DNA of 61,845 nt, filler included, from Rhabdomonas costata (lineage: Eukaryota), in the NCBI GenBank assembly GCA_019059605.1. It is 22 parts of 22 records of this genome, joined end to end, with 100 filler letters (N's around TTAATTAATTAA, not from the genome) between each part and the next. Parts side by side here need not be neighbours in the genome. Positions count along the whole stretch, not along the records: positions 33,810 to 36,510 come from JAHMHO010002269.1; positions 36,611 to 39,324 come from JAHMHO010002270.1; positions 39,425 to 42,144 come from JAHMHO010002271.1; positions 42,245 to 44,961 come from JAHMHO010002272.1; positions 45,062 to 47,775 come from JAHMHO010002273.1; positions 47,876 to 50,588 come from JAHMHO010002274.1; 16 more parts are not named here. One strand, written 5' to 3'. The translations under genes and the position numbers were made by a program. The notes under the pieces were generated by a model. The model had not been told where the DNA came from and ran no database searches. It was given only the letters and a program-made list of their open reading frames with translations. Shown in pieces: positions 36,241-48,187 of this stretch (its first letter is position 1; each line of letters opens with the position of its first letter).

Positions 36241-37154
36241 CTGGAAGGAAAAAAGAGCGGACCTCGAAACCCAGCAGACCACAAATTCACAAGTAAGCTA
36301 AGGGGTCCCGTAACGAAACGAGGGTGCATGCGTATCCCAATATGGATTACACCTACTTCGAGGAAGGGGGAGCCGCTATTGCAACCAATCGAAACACCAC
36401 TTTACCCAAGCGGCCGAAGTTCCCTCATTTTCACCCCTTTCGAAGCCCGTTTCGACCCCTTTTCAAGGCTTTTTGCCCCAAAAATCCGTCCCCAGAGCCT
36501 AAAAAACCCCNNNNNNNNNNNNNNNNNNNNNNNNNNNNNNNNNNNNNNNNNNNNTTAATTAATTAANNNNNNNNNNNNNNNNNNNNNNNNNNNNNNNNNN
36601 NNNNNNNNNNGTTTTGTTTTGTGCCTCGCTCCCACATATTTTGTGCGTTCTGCCCGCAACACGGTCGTCCCTCCTGCAAAAGGTCGTTCATGTGTGCAGT
36701 TACGATGAAACATCCAGTTGCCAGAACAGTTGGGTGCGTGCGAATCAACACTGTCAGCAGACCTATTTCTTCGAATCCCTACCAAACAATCAAGCAATGC
36801 TCATTATCCCAACAACAGACGCACAGAATTGCCACGCACACCTCTTCGGGCTTGTGCGGAGGAAAGCCAGCTTTCACATATCATGGTGCGCAACACTGAC
36901 AGTGACTTTCCGTGCAGGAATTCAAGCTGTCTCCCTGTCCTATCCCGCTGCCCTGTGGAGAGAAGAAAAATTAATGCATGAAGGGCATCCCCAGAATGTA
37001 AGTGGGAGTGGTAGGGTGTCTTGTAGTGGATGTGGTAGTGTGTCCACTCGTTTTTTTGCACTGCATCCTGATTTTCGCTGAAATAGGATTTCATTTGAAG
37101 GTATTTCTCATGGACGGTTCGATTTTCCTGGTTTTCTCGTTGCTATTTGTACAG

Positions 37155-39217
37155 GTTCAGTCGGCTGCTGCCTTGATCATCCAGAGGGTTTTTCGGTGTG
37201 CATTTGCCTTTTTTTTCTTGCGGTTTTGTGCGTTGTTTTTATTGTGAGGTTTTGGGCCAACGTTTCGGGGGAGGCCAAAAAATGGAATGGAAGGGCGAGG
37301 GTGCGTGTGGGACAACATGAGATGTATCAGTGAAACATGACAAGTATATCATTAAACAGCGAGTGGCTGCTGTACAAATGCAATGTGTGTGTCAGAATGG
37401 ATCAGTCGCATTTTTAAATGTCTTTTTTAATATACTGGTGTGTGTATGTGTGTATGTTTTCATCGTCGTGTACCAACCCGGCGGATCTGCAAAGCAAAAA
37501 AATGTGTCCTCCTTCTCAGACGGGTACTTGCCGTGGATTGTGTGGAGCGTCTTCAGCGCCGACGACGGGACTATCATCTCGTCACACTGCGGAGGATGGA
37601 AGAGACCCAGGCCGCCATCACCATCCAGGTCTTCCTTCTGTTACTTCTTTTAGGAGGAACACACCCACAGTTGCACCCTTGCACCTCCGCCGTCTCCAGG
37701 CACAGGCTGCACAGTGCATCCTGATAAGGGATACTCTTAGGGATTACCTTCCACAAGATTGAGAATTTTTCGGAGGTGGATAAGCTGGGGTCGTGTGTAA
37801 GGTGCAAGCCGTGGCTTTTACCCCTGTGTTAGGACGTTTGGATTGCTCATGCGCAGACTGTCGTCGGTTTTGTCGTGGTTCATCAGCAATGCCTGTATTT
37901 GATTTGGTCCGAAATATTTGGCTTTGCTCGACCATCAAACCACTGAAGGGTTTCACGCTCAATGACCTTGTAACCATGTACCGCTTTTGCGTGATGACGG
38001 AATGGAATCATTTAATCTTAATCGAGCAAAACCTCTAGGGGTTAAGTTCTATGAGGTATTTTGTAGTGTGCTTAACATACGAAGATCAATAGCAGCTATG
38101 CATCACCCCAATGTTTCTTTTGGGCTCCTTGAGCCACTGTTGTAACGTCCGATAGAAATGTGGGTGTGGGGGTGCGCAGTGCATGGTGAGACAGCGGCTT
38201 GCGCGGCGGAGGCGGGAGCAGCTCAGGGTCCGCAGGGACGCGGTGGTATTGCTGCAGCGCAGAACCCGACGCAACCTGTCACGGCGGTGGCTCCAGAAAA
38301 GAGCGTACGTGAGGCCCACGTTGTGCTTTCCTTATCGTTTTGGCAACCAACTGCTACTAGGTTCTGCATGCTGCTTCTGAGTGTCGGGTTTCGCAAACTC
38401 GTTTCCTTGCCGCTACCAACTGCCGTCATCCCTGATTTTTTGCGCTCGCTTTTAGACAGCGGTGCGTTTTTGTCTCGTTTACCTTTTGTATGTTGGAGGA
38501 ATGCGGAAGAAGGGCCCACCTCTCTGCGTCTTCCCTTTGATTCTGCGCAAGCCACCTCCTGCCGTGAAAACACAGCGCCAATGTCGCAGATTATTGTTGA
38601 GGGCAGAGTCGATGGGCCCCGGCTCTCTCTCTCTCTCTCTCTTTGTGGCGGTCGATTGCTTGCAGTCTGTGTGGAGGGGGGTGGGCCTGTTCGTGGATTG
38701 CGGTTCTGTTGTAGTGCTGCACGGAAGATTGTGCGGTTCTACCGGAGGTACCGCGGCGTCCGGCAAGCGTGCGGGCTGCGGTGCTCCCTGCTTGCTGCGC
38801 AGGTTTAGCTTTTCTCTCCTATGTGTGCTGTCCCTGATTCTCTTGAGTTACGGGACAGCAGCTTTTGCAATTTGCTGAGGCACCTTACTACACACGCCCA
38901 CACTTGTTCTATTTGTGTTTTGGGCTTCCATTATTGGCCCAAAAGTTTCCTGGCATTATCGGAACCAATATCTATTCTCCGCTTTCCCCTCTCCCATTTG
39001 GATAGTTCAGCCCTCTTATAAGTCTGCGTACTGCGTACGACTGCTTTCGACTGCATTTCCTTGTGTGGTGCGAAAGTAACTCTACCGCGTGGTTACTTTA
39101 TTACGTAGCGCTTTTGTGAGCGTTCACCGTGTTGTGTCCTTTTCTTAATCAGACTGCGAGGGTGGAGGCACAGAAGCGAGCGTCAGCCTCGGTGTGCATC
39201 CAGGCATGGATTCGCAG
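37155..39217 (+). CDS. IQ calmodulin-binding-motif protein (partial, several small exons)
   Basis: AAALIIQRVFR, AAITIQ|CMVRQRLAR, AVVLLQRRTRRNLSR, AARKIVRFYRRYRG, ASVCIQAWIR. Confidence 0.8.
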
Positions 39218-39424
39218 GTGTGATTCACGCTCACTTCACCTTCCTGTCCTTTTTTCGACATGTTCCGCTTTTTGATTTGTCCCAGACCCGTTACCCACCC
39301 ATTTCAGTATCAGTTACCCAACACNNNNNNNNNNNNNNNNNNNNNNNNNNNNNNNNNNNNNNNNNNNNTTAATTAATTAANNNNNNNNNNNNNNNNNNNN
39401 NNNNNNNNNNNNNNNNNNNNNNNN

Positions 39425-41988
39425 CCGCAGCTTTGCGTAGCACCCTCCTGTGGCGAGGAGCGGGGGCCCAAGGTGTGGCATCGGGCGGTTACAATCTCCT
39501 AAGCCACCGGTCGAATTGTACATTGCTGCTTTTGATGCAACGCTCTCTTGGAAGCAACCAACGGAGAGAAGCAGCCGCGTCGAGAAGCCCTGCCAGTGAG
39601 TGGCGAAGAGGGACGCCGCTGCGAAGGAGGCGAGCGAAAGCAAACACCTTCTGGGCAAACGATTCCGTCGTCTGTCCAGATAGTAACATCATCTCCGAGA
39701 AGCTTCCGGCTGGGATCGATGGACAGCACCGTCTTTCCTGAAAAAATATCCGGGAAAGGCGCAAACTCACATGAGCTGCCTGCAATCCAAGTTCGACGCC
39801 GCTGCAAAGTAAACGAGTTCTGAAGAATCCCATGTATGTGCTCATAGATAACCGTTTCACAGACAGACAGTCATCCTTCGTCTTCAACAAGGGATAGGGC
39901 CTTGTGGTCAACAAACAAGGCAGACACTATTATAAATTGCAAAAATTCAGCACGGCGCTGAACAACTGCAACATTAGAGTGAGCGTCCGAGATGTTCGAG
40001 GTTGCATAGAACATTGAAACGGCACACCAGAGCCGCTGAGGCCAAGAAACAAAGTGGCGCCTCCTTCCTCGGAGAGGGGCACGTTGCAGGCCGCGTGCAG
40101 AGGCAAGTGGCCGGCCTTGGGCATGGCGTACATTAGCAGAGTCAGGAGGCCCTTCTTCCTAAATACACGTCCACAGAAAACAAGTTCACACAATCAGCAC
40201 GATGAAGCAGTAAACAAAATCTGACCAGCAGCTCCGAAAACGGAGTGATCAGGTTTTCGATTTTCGATTTTCACAGGCCTGCGAACTGCAGTCTGGATTT
40301 CTAAAGTAACTAACTTGCAAAAATTACAGCAGAGAGCAGAGATGCTTCACACACCGAATCACCAACCCACCTACCCACCTACCCAACCACACACTTGCAA
40401 AAGCGAAAGGCACAATCAGGCTGGGGGCACCGCACACTACATCGAAATGGAAAACGTGAGCCTCCCAAACCACCTGCGCATGAAATTGGTCAGCAACGGC
40501 AAATCGCTCAAATGCACCCGATGCGAAATGTACACGTGGAAACTTCACCCACGAATGAGAAAACCAAGGCACTCGACGAAAGAGGCTCGTTCCACCCACA
40601 CGCACATACATCTCTCCGGCGTAGAGGGTTCCCAGGATGCACATCTCCCCGCGGGCGAAGTCAATGGCGATGCTGCAGCCCGAGGTGACGCCCTCTGCGT
40701 ACCTGAGGTACCCCCAACCAAAAAATACCAGTACACTTTCAGTTAAAAGCAATGCACACACGTACGCTCACCGTTAGCCAATTCACACAGACAAACATTG
40801 CGTTTGCGAGGCATCGGGACGTGAAAAATTCTTCCTGCGGAGTATGTTCGCGCTCCACCATGCTTGCGAGGTCTTCGCCAGCTCTGGTCTCTTCTCGAGA
40901 ATCGGATTACCCCTCTTTTGCTGGTTCTTTCATCTCGAACGCTCATTCAGCGTTTCGAAGAACCTTCAAGACTCGGAATCACTCGTTGAGTTCTTTAGCA
41001 AAAGATCCTGGGGCCAGCTTTTCCCCCCAGCAAAGGAGGACTGCTGCTCTGTCGGCTTCGGCAGATCTTCCCCCCTCATCCCCACAACGTCACCACCACC
41101 ACACACCGGTTGGCTGGAAAAGCACCCGCGTTGTAGATCACGAAGTCGGCCTCCCCGAAATCCGCCAGCTCGGCCTCCGTGGGTCGCACCAGGAGGTTCG
41201 ACATGAATAGCGCGTGGTAGGCCCGACTGCACAGCACTCGGACCTGTGGAGTCCCAAAAGGGGTTCAGAGCGCCGTGCTCAGCGTGCTGTAGCGTGAAAA
41301 ACGATAAATTAGTGACAAGAAAGATCGCCGTCGTCCAGCAATGGCGACGTGAAAAGCGCCCCACCCTCCCCGGTCAGATGCATCCTTTTGCCAATGGTGC
41401 ACCGCTAAATGGTGACGGTTCTCAGTTTTGAGAAATCAGACAGAATGGGGCACAGAGACAACATGAGAGAACAAGCCAACTATATGTGGTCTGACACGCC
41501 GCTGTCGCCCTGCGCTCTCATGGTATGTCTTGCAGGGTACCGCACAGCTCAGCTCAATGCATTGTGATCAGTTCGGATGATGCTTACGGCTTTGAGCATT
41601 CCTGGAAATAGGGTCTCTGCGCGAACACCCATGTATATGACTGCTGCACAGTAAGAACATATCGTCCTCATAACACAATCGGATTTGTGACAGCTCTATG
41701 ATATCGGTGCTCCGTCCCACAAACTGGTCCCAGCAGCGGAAAGCGTGGGGAATTGAGAGACAGGTTTCCTTTTTCTTAGACGGATTTCACACCACCCAAG
41801 AAAAAGCAGACAGACTGCCGCAGGACCTTGATCCGCAGCTTGGGCTCCCATCCCAGGTACCCGTCCACGACGTAGAGCACGTCCTGCATGTTCAGGAAGT
41901 CCACGCACCGCTCGCGGTTGATTAGGAACGACTGCGGCTCCATCCGGATGTTCACCGGACCCCACCAGATCTCCGCCGTGGTCTGGGC
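39425..41988 (-). CDS. PEPCK: ATP-dependent phosphoenolpyruvate carboxykinase, divergent (partial, 6 exons)
   Basis: [94 protein letters not shown]. All junctions are GT-AG and in frame. Confidence 0.95.
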
Positions 41989-42584
41989 CTGAGTGGCAGC
42001 GTGTATGGGTGGCGGCACTGGTAAAATCACGTAATATGTAGGGCAACATCTCCTCTTGGCTCTTGGCTTTCGTTCCCCTTATTGGATGTGAGATTGGTGA
42101 ATTGGGGATTTGGTCTAATTTGGTGCTGTGTCTTGGTCGCATTGNNNNNNNNNNNNNNNNNNNNNNNNNNNNNNNNNNNNNNNNNNNNTTAATTAATTAA
42201 NNNNNNNNNNNNNNNNNNNNNNNNNNNNNNNNNNNNNNNNNNNNCAATCTCCGTGTTTTTTTGGGTGGGCCCAAGGCATCGTCCCTTTCGGATAGAAGCG
42301 GATTGCTATATTTTTGTTGTTGCTGCTGTAATTGGTGGCTTGCCTGTTCGGACAAAGCGAAAATTCACAGGATTACAAAAAGGGGGAAATCCAAAATGAC
42401 CGAAGGACAGCTGTCCTCCACGAAGCTCCATGTGCTGGATAGAACCTCAAAGGACCTTGGTCCCTCTCTCCAGCTTCTTAATTTTTGACCCAAAGAAAGC
42501 AGAGAAGAGCATCAGTGTGAATCCGGGTTCTGATGATCATGAAAGTTCGTGTTAGGCTCCGTGCGTTATCTTTGCCAGTCTCAG

Positions 42585-44332
42585 GCTGGAGACAACCCTC
42601 CCCAATCCAGTAAGGCGTCCGCCTCTGCAAAGACAGCGAAGACGGCGAAGACAGCGAAGGCCGCCAAACCGGAGAAGGAAAAGGCTGCGAAGCCAACGAA
42701 GGCAGCGAAGGCAGCGAAGGATGCGAAGGCCGCAGCTGGAAAGAAGGTTTTTTTTGCTGCTTTCCCCGATCCATGTCTGCGAGGTGACGCCTTTTTTGGG
42801 AAGAAGATTCTTTGTGCATGTGTACTATATGACTTTGAGAACCTCACGGTCCCATGCTGAAATTTCATGTATCCTTCTCTCTCACTGATGTATTACGAAA
42901 AGGAGTCTCTGGTGGTGCCTTTTTTTGGCGTTCGGCCCACGCTCACTGCTCTCAAACTGCTCGCTACATTGAGGTGTATGTGGCCGGAAGCCTCCAAAAT
43001 GGATCTTTCTCAAACGCGCCGACCACATGTCTTGACACGTTGTTTCCAGCATAAGCAAAGTTTCGTTGGCGATCGTTGGCGATTGCCGTTCTTTCGTTTG
43101 TGCGCTACTTTTGTAGTTGACTTTTGATCGCGTCCCCACACCAAGCAGCTGCCGTTATTGCCACTGTTTCCACTAGCAGTGCCTTGCAGTCCCTTTTTAC
43201 CGTGCATCGGGGTGAGACTTTCAGTATATGGTATTACCGTTAGTTATTGTCTCTTCTTTTTTTTTGTGTGTACAAGAGAGCAATTTGGAAATATAAATGT
43301 TTGGGTTTGTTCTCAAAGGCTGCAGGGAAGAAGACCACGAGAGCCCGGGCTTCCCAGGAGACTAAGGCCAAGGGCAAAGGCAAAGAAAAAGGCAAAGGCA
43401 AAGGCAAGGCCAAGTCAGCGACCCGTCGGCCCCGCTCCACCACCAGGCGAGCGGCTGCAAAGATCCGTGCTGCGCCGAAGCCTGTGAAGCGGGTTATTTT
43501 TCTTTGTCGCCCTTTCGCTTGTTTTGAGGGGTGTAGTGCCTTATGACAAGACCCCACCTGACGGAGCCGTCTCTTTTTCCTGCCTCTTCCTGTCCTTCCT
43601 GTCCTTTAGCCGATGGGTCCACTTCTATTCTCTCGTTTCCCTGGAAAAATCTCTGGAATATTATTCAAGATTGGCTTTTTTGGAAGAACATTCATGGCGG
43701 CACAATGGCTGGCAGCCCTTGAGCTCTGTCGTGTCTGGTCGATTTTTCACTCACCATCCTTCCTTTCATGCATTTTTATTTTTGTAATGCTGGCTCAAAG
43801 ATTTCTGCGTATCATGCGTACATGAAGAAGGCCTACAGCCATCCGGACATCAAGGCGCTTCCTGTGCATCAGCGCATGTCCACCATTGGTGTGCCTGGGG
43901 CTGTGAGTAGAGTTTTGCTCGTTTCTATTTTGTGCGGACGCGCCCTGTGTTGCTGCTGCTGCTGCTGCTGTTGAACAGCAAAAAAGATTCTATTTTTTGC
44001 AACCTGATAAAAGTATGATGTTTTACGATCACACACACACACACACACACACAAGCCCTTTGATCAATGGCTGCCAAGCTACATCTAACGGGCCGCTGTA
44101 GGATGAATTCGCATATCCACGCACCCCATACTCCATTTGCCATTGATCGAACTCTCGTCACCTCTCAGCAAAGCAGTGGAAGGCGCTCTCCGCGGAGGAG
44201 AAGAAGCCGTACATCCAGCAGGCCCTCGCAACTCAGCCAAAGAAGGCACGCGCTGTTTTGTATACCGGCTTCGAAGTACTCTGGACTTCTGCGAACCCTG
44301 CCTTCTTCGGGCGCATTCCCTTCACCTCATAA
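42585..44332 (+). CDS. HMG-box protein with long histone-H1-like Lys/Ala-rich N-terminal region
   Basis: Exons AKTAKTAKTAKAAKPEKEKAAKPTKAAK.., KAKGKGKEKGKGKGKAK..APKPVKR|ISAYHAYMKKAY..QRMSTI|AKQWKALSAEEKKPYIQQA (HMG box). The 3' end is uncertain. Confidence 0.82.
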
Positions 44333-45061
44333 TGCTGATCCTCGGTTCTTCGCTGTTTAAATCTAACAGCACCACAATGCGGAAATGAAAGGAAAAGAGA
44401 GGCGGGAGAGGCCCAAGACAGCGTCATGTATGTACCCGTCTTCCATGATGATCGGGTGATCGGGTACACGGCCCAGTTTAAGGTGCTTCTGGGTTGCCCT
44501 GTGCAGCGAGTCCAAGGGCCGAACACGGCCCACGGCGATCAGTGGCCGATCACCGCCACCATTTCTTCCTTTCCCTTCCTAGGCATTCAACCTGCGACAA
44601 AACTCGGTGATCATAATTTATATTCACGGGGTTTTTCTCGTTTTTGGCCCTTATGGAGGTTGTCTTTGCTAAAAAAAGGTGTTCTTTCATGGAGTGCAGT
44701 CCGTGGCCCGGTTGCAATAGTGGATGGCCTGCCCCCCCCCCCCCAGAATCAGGCAAGGTTGGAGGCAGGTCACGTGGCCCAACATTGTCTTTTTACCGGG
44801 CGCGGGCAACTCCAACACACGAATCACACCCTGGAGGGATACCGTTTAAGGCAAATGGAGGGCCTATGCGAAAAAGGAATTAACTGGGTCAAAGTAGTTT
44901 TGTATGGCATAGGTTCACTTGACAGGCCAAGAGGGTTAGCAACGAAATGCACCAAAAAACANNNNNNNNNNNNNNNNNNNNNNNNNNNNNNNNNNNNNNN
45001 NNNNNTTAATTAATTAANNNNNNNNNNNNNNNNNNNNNNNNNNNNNNNNNNNNNNNNNNNN

Positions 45062-45504
45062 CCGCCACTGTCGTACTCTGGTTCAGCTGCATTGCCGGAG
45101 GGGGTCTTCTCAGTGTTGTTCTGTTTGGGATGCTAATTGGGCGGCCTTTCGTCCTGGACTACGCGAAGGAGGAGATTCCTGAGGAAATTTGGAATAACCA
45201 AGAATCAAAAAAGAAAGCGGTTCGGTTTCTCTACCTTTTGACTACCCTCTGGCTTTTCAACTTCTTGGTCTTGTTCATCTGTGGGCTTCTCTACGCCCTT
45301 TTGAGTCCCCGTTGGAGCCCCACGGACATCCGTGGGTTAGTGCTGAACTTTTTACCGCCCGTTGCACTGATCGTGTTGTTCATCAGCCAGCATTTCTTGA
45401 TTCGTTTCGCGAAGAAGAAGGCCCAGCAAGGTGATGAGTCCGAACCACCCGCGGATGTTTCTACCCTGACTCCGCCTTTGCTGGGAACAACGCGCCCAAT
45501 ATGA
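45062..45504 (+). CDS. Multi-pass membrane protein, C-terminal part (resembles bacterial DUF3159/VC0807-like proteins)
   Basis: Intronless stretch GMLIGRPFVLDYAKEEIPEEIW..LTTLWLFNFLV with further TM helices. Confidence 0.6.
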
Positions 45505-46016
45505 TCTCTTCCTTTAGCCAAACTCTTCTGCAAAGCAATCAGGCGAGGAGCGGTAAAACTCATTCCCGCATTTTTGTGTCTGTCTTACGCTGCTTTTAGT
45601 TGTCACTGCGTCTCCATATGGCAGCACTTCGCGGCACACCGTGCGTGCTGAGTGATGCAACATTGAACTGAGTCATTTGTTTGCCGGCGGGGGGTGGCGT
45701 GCATTCCGTGAGTTCCAAGCTTCAAAGCATCCCCACCACCACCACCACTTGAAGCATCCGTTTGGTGCCACATGCTATTGAATTTGGTTGCTTTGCCGCA
45801 ACAGACTTGAAAGCTTCAGATCCCACAGCGAGAGCGCTTGTTTGCGACCTATGACGATAGATGGGGCCGTCTTGAAGTGTTGACCATCAGTGCCGCGTCC
45901 ATCACAATGCCCAGATGGCAACGATAATCCAAAGGAGGGAGCCCGGAGTTAACCCACTACTATCACAACTTGAATTCCACTCCTCCACTCTTCTCTCCCA
46001 ATGTTCCAGCTCTGCT

Positions 46017-46365
46017 CTGCTTTCTTGCTGATCGGAATGTCTGAATTTGTCCACCCGCCGCAGGGGTGCCCGGATGTTTGCGTGGAGGACTCTGTGCTGG
46101 TCTCTCGCTTTGCTTTCCGGGCCGCCCTTCCCACTTACTCCTCACAGAGCTCTGCATCCCTCGCCTCCATTGTGCGCTCGAGCGCGTCCCAGAGCCGTCT
46201 GGAGGAGCTGGACGAATGGCAGCGGCTGCGAGCCGAGGCGATTGCCAGTGCCACGGCGCGGCATTTCCCACCACCACCGCCTCTCCGGAGGGTTCGCATT
46301 GGAGGAGTACGAGTGTTCGAATACTTTGTCGAGGAGGTTTTCCCGCCCCTCGCAACGCACGCACA
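46017..46365 (+). CDS. Probable first exon of a hypothetical protein
   Basis: ATG follows a pyrimidine tract and AG; MSEFVHPPQGCPDV..RLEELDEWQRLRAEAIA..VRVFEYFVEE. Further small exons are likely at ~46628 and ~47050. Confidence 0.45.
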
Positions 46366-48187
46366 ACGAGGATGGTGGGGCGAAATAATATCTTCTTCTT
46401 CTGCTGTGGTTTGTTGCGGTTTTTGTCTGTGGGGTGAGAAAACATTTGACATTGTTCTTGTTTTCTTGCTCTGGCGCATTGTGCCAAAACACTGTGGTAT
46501 GGTGGTAAGGGGGTATCACCGCCTGCAGAGTCTGCATGGCACTACTAATGTCAGGGCTGTATTCAGTGCACTCGCGTTTGAAGTGACTGGTCAAGGATGC
46601 ATCGCTTCGAATGTTTTTTCTTTGCAGGAGTTGGAGCCCAATAATGAACCCGTGCATGCCCCAGCACCCGTACCACCCCACCGCGAACCGCAGGCTCCGG
46701 TATTCCAAGGACCTGCTTTTCTCCAGAGTTGTTGTTTGGCATTGACGGGCATGTGTTCGGTTTCACTCGTGGGAAGGGTGGTCCGGAATGATCATGCTCT
46801 ATTGTGTATTCTCTGTGCTCTAGGTCTGCTGGAGAATTTCGAAACAGTTCCGCGCCAGGAATACATTATAGCTTTCCGAGGTTAATTGACGAGATTTTTT
46901 GAACTCTGGAAAAGGACGTTGTTGATGCGGAGCACAACTTCGTTCCCTTTTATATGAACTGATACTGCTGCGGATTGCAATTCTGATTTTCGATAGCTTC
47001 ACTTCAGTCCCAGGCATTACTGGTGTGCATCTTGCACTTGGCTTCGCAGGTTGTCCAGGCCCCCCAGGCTCCCACCGTGCGGTCTCGCAGGCTGTGGAAC
47101 GCTGTGCGTGCTTTTGCCAAGCGGATTGGGCTGAGGTGCGAATCTCCCACACCGACCTTTGTGGCTTTCTTGCTGGGCATGACTTTCTATCCTTTGTGAT
47201 GGCAAAGAAGGACGCGAACATTGAGCGTCAGCGTTTCGTTTCAATAGACTGTTTTGAAGGATGCGGTGTGTTTCGGGTTTTGGTGCGATGAGACGGGCAC
47301 AAGCTGCGCAAAGAGCAAGGGGGCCCCCTGTTGAATCACGTTGAAAACTAAAACGCTGGAAGTGCACGCATTGCATAAATAGTAACAAGGTGTCTGTGTC
47401 TGTATTATTGTGGCTGGGATTTGGTGCGCCCAGTCGCAAAGGCGTACGGGGGACCTGCAGCCCAACTGGGGTGTACCAGCTCGGAATCTTGGGCTCCTGT
47501 GAAGAGTTCTCCAAACGCGCCAGTCGGAGTTTCCAAGGCCGCGTACACCATCGGTGAGATAGGGGAGAGTAACTTGAGGAAGCGAGGCGAGAAGGGGGTG
47601 AGGCCCGATGGGCCCAGGCCCCATTGAGGGTGGGGAGCCCCCCGGGAGGGGGGGTCTTTCCCAGAAAAAAGTGATGTGTAAAAAAGTGAAAAAAGTGACT
47701 TGTCCAAGTGCACAAAGCGTGTGGGTGCCTGTGTGTATGTGTGGATGGGCGCGGCGCACACTCTCACCCCAACAANNNNNNNNNNNNNNNNNNNNNNNNN
47801 NNNNNNNNNNNNNNNNNNNTTAATTAATTAANNNNNNNNNNNNNNNNNNNNNNNNNNNNNNNNNNNNNNNNNNNNTGTGTTAGGTGAGTTTGGTTGTGGT
47901 GTTATTTGTCATTCAAGTCTATTTTCTGTGCCTCGCATATCCCTGCCTTCCGTTTCTGTTCCTGTGTCCTACTTGCCACTTCTTTCAGTACGGTGCGATC
48001 TGCTTGGCAGGAAAAGCGTGACTGTGTGTGTGCTGGTTTGTGGATGGCGAAGGGTCTTTGAGCTCCGGGTTGCTGGAGAAACTTCAGGACTGAGCTGAAA
48101 TTAGGGGCAGGGTTCAGGAGTTCGCGTGAGTGCTGAGCTCAGAGCGCTGGCTGCAGCCTGACTGGCGGTTAGTAACCGCTATGTAAC

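Noticed and set aside
6039..44332. Euglenid non-conventional (non-GT-AG) introns
   Set aside because: Every junction I could reconstruct in conserved genes was GT-AG, apart from one GC-AG.
44442..44556. C/D snoRNA candidate (ATGATGA plus ggtgatcgg/ccgatcacc stem)
   Set aside because: No properly placed CTGA D box.
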